Below, piece after piece: positions 9,781-19,414 of a DNA stretch of 32,000 nt. Every line of letters starts with the position of its first letter. The stretch's first letter is position 1. The position numbers were made by a program, and so were the translations under genes. The notes beneath the pieces were generated by a model. The model was not told the origin of the DNA, ran no database searches, and saw only the letters and a list, made by a program, of their open reading frames with translations. This stretch comes from Wallemia ichthyophaga EXF-994. Lineage: Eukaryota; Fungi; Basidiomycota. Location: contig NW_008806301.1 in assembly GCF_000400465.1 (NCBI RefSeq), positions 42,065 through 74,064 of the forward strand, given 5' to 3'.

Positions 9781-11212
9781 ATGTCCGACAGAATTAGCAA
9801 CGAACACGTCGACGTTAGCAAATCACTTGCCCAGAAGATCACTCTGCCTAATGGCGTGGTGATTCCAAACCGTTTCATAAAGTCTCCAATGACAGAAAGA
9901 CTGTCTACGTACAACCAGAATCCAGATCCTAAACTCAGGGGTATTCCAACCCAAGCCCTCATCGACCTCTACAAGGAGTGGGGTCAGGGCGAAATCGGGT
10001 TGATCATCGCAGGCAACACACCAGTAGCCGGTGATCACCTTGAGGCACCAGCAAACCCTGTCCTTGGTATTGGCTATGACGAGCCAGCGCGTCTTCGAAA
10101 GTTCAGAGAACTTGTCGCTGCTTCCAGTGCCGGTGGATCAGGTGCGATGTTGTTAAACTATGGAAATCCTTCTAACATGCTCTACAGTGACTATCTGCCA
10201 AATCACCCACTCAGGCAGACAATGTTATGAGCAGGTAAACCCTCATCCTATTGCGCCTTCAGCTGTTCGTGTCGAAGGTGTCAACATGCCAGGTGTAACT
10301 TTTGGCCAACCTAGAGCAGCTACTATTGAGGATATCAAGAACATCGTCAAGCAATTCGCTTACACCGCCAAGCTCTGCAAGGATGTAGGATACCACGGCG
10401 TTCAGCTCCACGGTGCTCACGGCTACTTGTTGTCTGCTTTCCTCGGCAAGCACACGAACCGTCGTACAGACGACTATGGTGGATCTTTGGAGAACCGCGC
10501 ACGTATCATATTCGAGATTATCGACGCGATCAGAGAGCAAGTCAAGGATCCTTCATTCATCCTTTCTATCAAGCTCAACTCGCAAGACTTCAACTCAGAC
10601 AGTGGTCTGACACCTGAAGAGTCACAGAAGGTCTGTCAATGGCTAGATGAGAAGGGCATCGATCTCATCGAGTTGTCGGGTGGTTCATATGAACGTTCGG
10701 CTTTCTCTAACTCAGCACCAAACCCTCGCGAGGCTTACTTCATCGAGTACTCCGAGAACGTTCGCAAGGTTATCAAGAATGCAGTGGTAGGTGTCACTGG
10801 TGGTTTCCGCACTGCAAAGGCTATGTCTCAAGCTGTTGAATCTGGCGCTACTCAGATGGTTGGTTTGGCTAGACCACTCTGTGGAGAGCCACACCTCTGC
10901 AAGGATATCCTTTCAGGCAAGGTTTCAAGTGCAAAGAAGACGCTCGTCAACCCTCTCTTCTCACTTCCCCTTGCAGGCACTCAGCTCACTGCGGTTGGTT
11001 ACAACGACAAGCCATGGGACGCATCAAATGAAGAAAGCGCTAAAGCTTTTGAGGCCATTTTCGCCGACTACGCTAAGGACTTTGGCGTTGACGAGAAAGG
11101 CAACCCTATCAGACCTGACAAGGCTGGTGTTGCAGGTTTCATGAAACTTGCCTTGGACAAGCATGGTAAACACTATGGTGTATCCCAACAAGAGCTTATC
11201 GCATCAGCTTAA
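9781..11212 (+). CDS. NADH:flavin oxidoreductase / Old Yellow Enzyme family
   Basis: NRFIKSPMTE. A 46-nt intron at 10142-10187 gives GGS|VTICQITHSGRQ. Motifs GVQLHGAHGYLL, NRRTDDYGGSLENRARI, IELSGG, VTGGFRT and VGLARP. Confidence 0.95.
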
Positions 11213-11345
11213 AATCCACTCATAGAAATTCACATTGTAATAATGACAACTCATTTATGCCACTCCGCCTTCTTTAGGTATAGAAAATATTGAAACTCTA
11301 ATCATGTATACACAGAAACCGCTAAGATGGACTTCCAGTAATCAA

Positions 11346-12587
11346 TTATAGCAGAAGGTTTCCAATCACTGCTGTCAACAAAGCAGTAAACAGACTACTG
11401 AAAAAGTTGACTTGGGTATTAGAGAAGAGATTGAAGCCAGAGATCAGCTTAACTTCAGCCGTTTCCTTTGACTTGCTTCTCCGCGCCTCATCGTACATCC
11501 TCGCGAATGCAGGATCAGAGCCATCAGTCAAAATTTTGCCTCTCTCTTTATGCAGCAGGGTGCGTTGGAGGGTAGCACCTATCAGAGAATCAAGCAGGCT
11601 TCCAAAGAGGCCAGAAAAGACAGAAAGCAGGAGCAGTTTGGCAGAAGTGAAGGATATGAGTGCCTGACCGAAAGAGAAATTTTGACCAAAGCACGATGAG
11701 TCTTCGATGGCCAGAGATATAACAGCTGTGAGACCAATTAGCAGTCCACCAGCACCTGAAACTACAACTCCGAATGCTGAATCGAATGAGTTATTATCAC
11801 ATTGTAGCAATGCACACTCACAGCTAACACCGCCGTTCGTGCCTGGAGGTACTGTCTTGCTCGGATTGGTGACTAGTCGTGGGAAGTTGCCTGAAAGTAT
11901 GCCGAGCTGAGAGTGTGTTAGACGACTGACAATGCAAACCACGATACGCACCTCAGAAGCGAGCGTATCAGCACTACAGCACGCGTAATGTCCAAGAGCC
12001 ATCAACAGCAGCGTTTGAGAAGATATGTAGACTGAGCTGTGCAGTATACATTCAGAAGTATCTGTGATATCAGCAGGGGTGATGATGACGTGTTGCACTC
12101 TGTAGATGATAGCGCAGATAGCGCCAGTGTAGGAGTTTGCCAGCACCTGGAGCCAGTTTCTCACTCCACCTGGCTTTTCACTGTCATGGCCATCCTCGAG
12201 CTGAGCCTTGACGTAGTGTTTAACCTTGTTTGAGTTGAGTTGGGTGCTGCTTTCAAGGAAAATGCACAGACGCACCTTTGTAGCTTTGGATCCGGAGAGG
12301 TAGAACACGATGAGCATTACTCCGAATGAGCAAATGGTGCTCGACAAAGACGCGTATCCTACGATGAATGCTGAAATTGCACCAGAGAGAGAGAGAGAGC
12401 GCTTCTTCAAACCAGAGTAGGCGAGATATGAGGCTACTAATATTGCTATCAGATCCCTCCGCGGCTGTATTTGCGGATGCGAGAGACGTGTGCTTTCATT
12501 CTGGCTCGCAGAGAAGAAGGCAATGACGGGAGCGAGGTGGGAGGCGTGGAAGTGCGCTGAAGCCTGTAAGAATTGATTGACGGGCAT
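11346..12587 (-). CDS. TMEM19 / DUF92 integral membrane protein (start uncertain)
   Basis: Motifs KKRSLSLSGA, RNWLQVLAN, ADTLASE|LG, VPPGTNGGVS and GSLLDSLIGATLQ. Introns at 12225-12275, 11907-11951 and 11777-11821. First in-frame ATG at 12587. Confidence 0.88.
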   Translation of the reverse strand: MPVNQFLQASAHFHASHLAPVIAFFSASQNESTRLSHPQIQPRRDLIAILVASYLAYSGLKKRSLSLSGAISAFIVGYASLSSTICSFGVMLIVFYLSGSKATKVRLCIFLESSTQLNSNKVKHYVKAQLEDGHDSEKPGGVRNWLQVLANSYTGAICAIIYRVQHVIITPADITDTSECILHSSVYISSQTLLLMALGHYACCSADTLASEVRIVVCIVSRLTHSQLGILSGNFPRLVTNPSKTVPPGTNGGVSCECALLQCDNNSFDSAFGVVVSGAGGLLIGLTAVISLAIEDSSCFGQNFSFGQALISFTSAKLLLLSVFSGLFGSLLDSLIGATLQRTLLHKERGKILTDGSDPAFARMYDEARRSKSKETAEVKLISGFNLFSNTQVNFFSSLFTALLTAVIGNLLL

Positions 12588-12771
12588 CTGCGTACACACC
12601 CTCCACGCTGCACAATAACAATGCGGTTACTGTCAATGACGCTATCATTTGATGACTGTCGAGGACAAGGAAGCGTCATAAGCGGGGCTTTTGAATCTTG
12701 AAGATGATTGGCTACTGTATAATAACCGTATCGCGCTCGCTGGGAATTCTGTATATCTCAACTCAGGGCTC

Positions 12772-12798
12772 GACGCTTAAGACGCTTAGGACGCTTGG
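12772..12798. repeat. GACGCTTRR x3 tandem repeat in a divergent promoter
   Basis: GACGCTTAA GACGCTTAG GACGCTTGG. Confidence 0.7.
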
Positions 12799-13283
12799 AG
12801 TAAGAAGCGTGGTGTGAATTTAAGTATAACAGCACACATACGCTATTAATTACTCATATCACAGCATTTCTCGCACAATTTCCCTCACACGCCACACCAC
12901 CCAGACACACCACACAGCACCCGAAAAACGCCGGAATAAAACGAAAGGCATCACACGCGCCACAGAAGAGGCTTCAAGCGTAAATAGATGCTGCGGGAGC
13001 TATAAGAATATTGGGGTCCGAACACGGGCAGTACAGTACCTCGCTCGGTTACATAATCTAGCAACTTTTCCGCCCACCGAATCTGACACGAGTGTGGCTC
13101 AGGAGAATTTTACAGAAGCTGCATGTAGGCGGTAGGTTGTGTGCATATTCATACCAAAACCCACCTGATTTGCAGACCAAGAATCTTCAAATATCACCCA
13201 AGCTCAGCCCGACCAGCGGGAAATATACGGTATCACGGCTTATTCAAATACAACCAAGGGAAAAATATTTAAATGCATCATAG

Positions 13284-14684
13284 ATGTATATAAACCTACC
13301 AGATATACAAAACGAGCAAACAACGACTATACACTCAAATTACGCCCCTCAGAGGCCCAAGCTATCTTCAACGCGCTCGAGAGGCCGTTCCATCACCCAA
13401 ATTCCTACAAGCAGTACTCCAGATGCTGATGTGCAGTTTAGCTTGCAGCAGCAGCCACTCTTAGCTGCCGCAGACAATGAGTCCTCCGCGGAGGGCAGTC
13501 AGAGTGGTCGACCAAGGGCCAACTCCACTCAGAGTAAGCTCAACCAAACAAAATTTAGTGCCAGAAATAGAAGCCATTCACTCGAACTATCACCACCGCT
13601 AGAAGCACCGATTATCAGCGTGAAAACTTCCAAGGTTAGACCTTCAATCAACATTGAGAATATACCTCTGTCTCCAATCCACTCGCCATTGAACTCACCA
13701 TCTTCTCCACAGATACCAGACCCTTATCCAATCAGACCAAAATTAAAGGATAGTTTGCCTGCTCTGGCCAAGTTGGCTGCTATCTTCGTCCTTAGCACTG
13801 CTTTTATGTTTATGGCACTGAGCTCAGTTAAGCAGCTACACGTGCCTCAGAAGCTCACCGACGTAAGAAAGTTGGCTTTTGATTTGAGAGCGTACATGAC
13901 GCTATCGTCACTCAACTCGCTCCACGTCCTCGGCGTAATTGGCTTGATGTATGTTTGGAAACAAACATGGTCAATCCCTGGATCTGCAATCGTCAATGTT
14001 ATTCTTGGGGCACTCCTACCAACTTGGATTGCTACCGCCTACGCTTGTTTGCTCACCGCCTTTGGCGGCTTCTTGAGTTCGTTCACAGCGCTCCCAGTCG
14101 CACCACACATCCACTACCATTTCCCAAACGCTATCAATAACCTTCGCTCAATCAACAAAGACCCATTCAGACTTTTTGAGAGGTTACTGATTGCAAGATT
14201 AATTCCGGTGATCCCATACGCTGTTCTCAATTTGGCAGGTGGCGTGGTAGGCGTATCCTATGTGCCATTTGTCGTTAGCTTGTGAGTGGATATATTGTCA
14301 AGCGGGAATTAAACTAATAATATGACTAGGTTCCTTGGTAGTATCCCTATGAACGGCGTAGCGTGTGCAGTTGGTGATGTCTTAGTCAGTCTAGCGTACG
14401 TCGACGAAGGTGAAAGTCTCAGTCACAGAATGTTTAGCAAAGAAATGATCATCAAGTTTGCATTTTTATCAGTGTTAGGATTACTTCCTGTGCTTTTGAA
14501 GCATATATTTGCGCCTATGGCCACAACAGCGACAGGAACAACAACTGCAACGACGCCAAAGCCAACATCATCGATACACTGGTCGATTAAGAAGCGTCTC
14601 AACAAGGTATATAGCCACCTCTTGCCAGCTTCATTGATAAATACAGATGCTAGCACAAAGAACACTGACTGTACAATATCTTAG
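13284..14684 (+). CDS. TMEM41/Tvp38 (VTT/DedA, SNARE-associated) membrane protein
   Basis: Disordered S/P-rich N-terminus, then WKQTWSIPGS and ARLIPVIPYAVLN. A 48-nt intron at 14282-14329 gives VVSL|FLGSIP. Confidence 0.88.
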
Positions 14685-14827
14685 AAACGGATCAATAGCT
14701 TTTCACTCTGTCATATGTTTGAACAATTGTAATGATTATTTAATTTGTTTTATAAATGCTCCCCAGCCTTCAATTTAAGTGATTTTGCATGTTGAAGTTG
14801 ATCAATCATCTACTCAGATATTTCACA

Positions 14828-15951
14828 ATGGCTGAGGCATCCAAAAAGGTAAAGCTAGATGGACAGTCTAGCAAGGTACGCTTAGGCTGTTTTTATGGAT
14901 CATAGCTGACGTCGCTGCGTAGACGATTGGTACACACAACGGCGTTTTTCACGCAGACGAGGCATTGGCTGTGTTCTTATTGAGATTGTTACCAGAGTAC
15001 AAAGCATCTCGTAGGTTCTGTCGCAAGCTTTTATACCAATTGACCACAAACGCAGCTGTTACGAGAACGAGAGATATCAACATTTTAAACCAAATGGATA
15101 TCGTTGTTGATGTCGGTGACGTTTACGACCATGATAAGAAACGCTACGATCATCATTACAGAGGTTTCAATGAGGTGTTTGGTCATAACCACAACACAAA
15201 GCTCAGCTCGGCTGGTTTGATCTATAAGCACTACGGTAAGAAGATTATCAGTGGTCATCTGGGTTGGAATGAGGACGAGGAGCGTACACTGCAGATCTGG
15301 CTGAAGGTTTACAGAGAATTCATAGAAGCTTTGGATGCTATTGATAATGGCGTCAGTCTCTATCCTACTGTAGAAAACCTTCCTGAGGCTGCATACCGCA
15401 ACAGGACTGATCTAAGCAGTCGCGTTGGCAAGCTCAACAGCAATTGGAATGAAGAATTTACCGAGCAGTCTCAGATGGTTAGATTCGAAGAGGCTTCCAA
15501 ATTGACAGGAAAAGAGTTCCTTGAAAGCGTTGACCAGTACGCAAAGGTGTGGTTACCTGCACGTGATATTGTCGTGGATGCTTTGAGCAAGCGTAACCAA
15601 GTTGATGATTCTGGCAAGATAATCCTTTTCGAGACATTTTGTCCATGGATAGACCACTATTTTGAACTCGAACATCTCGATCAATTCCAAATAAAGCAAG
15701 GTGAAGAGCCACTCTACGCTCTCTTACCTGATGGCAGCAAAGGTTGGAGGGTACGTGGAATTCCACCAAACAGCACTACATTTGCTCTTCGCAAACCGCT
15801 CCCAGAACCTTGGAGAGGTCTGAGAGATGAAAAATTGGCGGAGGTTAGCGGAGTTCCTGGTACTATCTTTTGTCATGCAAGTGGATTCATTGGTGGTAAT
15901 GACACATTCGAAGGTGCGCTCGAGATGGCGAGAAAGGCAGTCCAATTTTAG
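14828..15951 (+). CDS. MYG1: MYG1 (UPF0160) DHH-family exonuclease
   Basis: ATG 14828. Intron 14876-14922 gives K|TIGTHNGVFHADEALA; intron 15011-15055. Motifs VVDVGDVYD, RYDHH, KLSSAGLIYKHYG, RKPLPEPWRGLRD and FCHASGFIGGN. Confidence 0.96.
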
Positions 15952-15979
15952 GGCCATCATATGTACATAAATAAGTTAT

Positions 15980-17418
15980 CTAATAGTTGAAATTAGCTGC
16001 TACTTCATTCAATGCATCTTCGTCAGAATCTAGAAGATCTATTTCTTCTTCTGGTTGGGATGGTTCTGAGGGTTCATTTGGTTGATGAAGCTGATGAATA
16101 TGATGCTGCGACACTGCTTGCTCCTTCTTCTCTTGCTGTTGTTTCTGTTGCTTCTTCTGCTCATCACTCACATTATCTTGCTTTGAATGATCAAAATTAG
16201 CAGCAACTTGGTCCAACGCATCTTCATCAGAGTCGAGTAAATCAATCTCCTCCCCATCTCGTTGCTGTAATGCTTGATTTTCTGAAACACCCGAGCCCGC
16301 ATCCGCACCGGTCTGCTGAATACTTTGCGACTGGTTCTTGTTCTTATTCTCAACACCTGTATCAGCATTCTTACCAGACAGTTGTTGCCCTTTTACTCCA
16401 ACTTTCAATGAATAGTTGAATGCTTCTTGCATACGACGCACTTTGACGTCGCCGAAACCAGGACATTTCGTCAGCTCATCGGGAGAAGCTTTTACAATAT
16501 TTTTGAAGCTCTGTTGGGAATGTGAGTATGGTAGTGAGTTTGATGCAACACTTACACCAAATCTCGTTAATAGCTGATAGACGTCTGTCTTGTTAACACC
16601 TTTAATCGTCGTGAGGGCGTTATTGACGATACTCTGGTAATCTGTCGGCGTCTTCTCCTTTAGACTGTCTGGAGGTTTATTGTCGAGCTGGAGGTAGAGA
16701 CTGAGATAATGACCTGCTTGTTGTGGACTTATGTGAGTGTTAGTTGTGTATGTTCAGCAGACACTGCACGAAACAGGACTTACGACCAAGCTATAACCAC
16801 AGTCATGTTGTTAATTAGGCATGTCTGTTAAGAACACTGATTTAAGTGAATTCCATAAAGCACTCCATCGCAACTAACCTTTGTTACTTCTTTTATTGAG
16901 CCTTCAGAGTCTGCCTGGATTGATTTTGAGTACATCCTTATACGAAATCATAGACACTCACGACATCGCACATGAGGAGTAGTATACGAAGCTGATACAT
17001 CGCGCCCAGACGCTCTATCCGCATGTGTATGTATTCTGGATGCAAGCGATGATATCGTAGACTTGTATGGGAAGTCAATACGCCTTTTACCAGTCGAAAT
17101 AAGCCCACCTCAAGAACATAATACCTGTACTAGATCCAGCGACGTAATCTGGTACTATATCTGCATACTCCCAGTTGACATTTCTAACTTCTTTAAGAAT
17201 GGGATTACCACGCTGCAATAGTCATCAGGCTGGGCTTCTCCTTCCCTCCACTGCAATCTCACCTGGCACGAATTCACCAGCACTGCATTCCTACTATTGG
17301 GTATTGCACGTTTAGGCGATTGATTTGTACTTTTCTGTGGCTGTGTCTGTGCTTGTCGAGATTGGCTACTCTGCGCTGCGCTCTGCTCCTGCTGAGCTCC
17401 GCTTCCGCTCAAGCTCAT
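15980..17418 (-). CDS. RAD10: ERCC1/Rad10/Swi10 DNA repair endonuclease subunit
   Basis: Spliced VLVNSCQ|[16 protein letters not shown]...MFLS|[11 protein letters not shown]; HhH2 ([11 protein letters not shown]...[11 protein letters not shown]); six short introns; acidic C-terminal tail. Confidence 0.95.
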
Positions 17419-17468
17419 TTTGGCGTGATGTGAGTGCGTTATCAAGCCCCACTTAATATCAAATAGTC

Positions 17469-18980
17469 ATGTTCAAATTGCTGACAACGCTTAAATACAC
17501 TCCAAGTGAAAGTGAGCGTGTGGCGGATGGCGTGTACTTATGGGAAAGCCATATGCATCGCTTGCGTGAAGGTGTTGATGCGTTGAGCCCATTCTCTGCC
17601 TCGGATTTGAGAGAAAGCGACGTAACTAATGAATTGGCCCATTCAATTGGTCTTGCAAATGGTCTTAATCAATCTCATAGAGTTGGTTTTGCGTTTTGAT
17701 TGATTAGCCAGCTAAAGTTTCCCCATAGGTCTCTGTAACTCTCGATCCAAGCACACTGGAAGTTTCAGCAACAGCAACAGAGCTCAAAAGTATGCCTGAT
17801 TGTATGTAACCGCTGTGGTCGCTTTTATAACCTAATAAGCTGCTTAGATCCTGTGAATGTCGTGATAGACAAAGAACCCACGAGGTCATATTCCAAGGTG
17901 CTGCCATACAAGAGTAACAATAGGCGCATTTATTTGCAATCAAAGCTAAGGAATGGTTCGTACTACGTAAATACATTTTCATCTCACAGAAAATCGCAGG
18001 TGTTTCATACTCGACAGTTCGAGATAGCACGTTTGACGTTCTAATGCACAACAAAAATGGATACGTTACTGAGACGACCATTGCAAATATCTTCTACAAG
18101 TTCAACAATGACGACACATGGTACACTCCTCCAGTGGAAGATGGTTTGCTGCCAGGATTAATGAGGAGTCATCTCCTTGATATTGACTTCTGCTCAGAAC
18201 GTTCGTTGTACATATCTGAGCTCACTGTGGGTGTCTAACTCGCTTATCAAAGTCTAATTCGCTTATCAATCTCAACTGGTCTGTTTGAAGAGGAATCACA
18301 TAAAATTAAAAGCTGCAAACGCTTTAAGAGGATTGTTCGATATACAAATTACAGATAACCAAGGTTCACTTATTCCTTGTACCCCAACGCCTATGATGGA
18401 AGCACCAGCGAACTTACCCAAGTTGATAGTATTTGATTTAGATTACACTTTATGGGATCTATGGATAGATACTCACATTTCTGGTGGGTTAGTCTACAAC
18501 CTTCGGATAACACCTAACAATGCTTCAGGACCGATAAAACCATCATCAAATTACAACGAGGTAATTCCAAGACGAGGATCGCCCTTTGGATTCTACAGAG
18601 ATGTCCCAGAAATGCTACAGCGCTTGAAGAGTGAAGGAATTGAAATTGCAGCAGCGAGTAGAACAGCAGCACCGGATTATGCTTACGATGCACTTAAGCA
18701 TCTCAAACTAAAGAATAGGAGTGGTGGTGATAATATCAGCGCAAAGTCTCTGTTCGATTACACTGAGGTATACCCCGGCTCCAAGGTGAAGCATTTCCAG
18801 AAGCTTGCAAAGAAATCTGGCTTTGCGTATGAGGACATGCTATTTTTTGATGATGAGTCTAGGAACAAGGAGGTTGAGTCGCTTGGTGTAACATTTCAGC
18901 TGGTTGGCGTTAGTGGCACGGATGAAAACACTTTGCAGAAAGGAGTCAAAGCCTGGAGACAGCGTCGTGGGATTAGCTGA
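17469..18980 (+). CDS. Fusion: class IV PLP aminodeoxychorismate-lyase-like (Abz2) domain + magnesium-dependent phosphatase 1 (MDP-1, HAD IIIC); 421 aa
   Basis: Exons 17469-17681, 17729-17801, 17848-17955, 18000-18226, 18291-18483, 18529-18980 (1266 nt, phases consistent). Lyase motifs LLTTL, HMHRL, PYKSNNR, FDVLMHN..GYVTETTIANI, GLLPGLMR and ANALRG. HAD motifs FDLDYTLW, ASRT, GSKVKHF and FFDDE. Confidence 0.85.
18235..18272 (+). repeat. 19-bp tandem duplication containing the branch site inside intron 4 of the fusion gene
   Basis: CTAACTCGCTTATCAAAGT / CTAATTCGCTTATCAATCT (16/19 identical). Confidence 0.9.
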
Positions 18981-19414
18981 TGGATTCGCTATTTAATGAT
19001 ACATTTAGATTCATTTAGGTTTGTTTGGTGAGTGTGTGAGTGTTTGAGTGCTTATATTTGCATTCTAAATTGCATATCTTAGATAATACATAATTATCAC
19101 CAAATCACAGCAGGTCAAAGTCATCAAGCTGATCTAGTATACGAAATCCACCACAACATAACGCCACTCACCTCGTCATTGTATTACCTTACAGCTCTTT
19201 TGAACACCCTCATTTACGCGTTTTGTTTCGCATACGCCCTACGCTACGCTCATAGAAATTGACAATTATAATTTATCATGATTAATTTAAATGCAAATAT
19301 CATTTTATACAGTTTTATTGACTTGTCGATTGATAACTGTTCTATTTGAATTGATTTTATGAGTTGAATTTGTTGATCCACCTTGTCTTAACTTGATTAC
19401 CACCTCAAGCTAAT

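Noticed and set aside
12772-12920. GACGCTT triplet and CA-rich tract as a novel element
   Set aside because: Short and low-complexity, compatible with ordinary promoter sequence; recorded only as a repeat.
18285-18980. Stand-alone 231-aa phosphatase as given by the ORF track
   Set aside because: Its start is a TTG inside an intron, its first ~25 residues are the C-terminal motif of the upstream lyase, and it includes a retained 45-nt intron.
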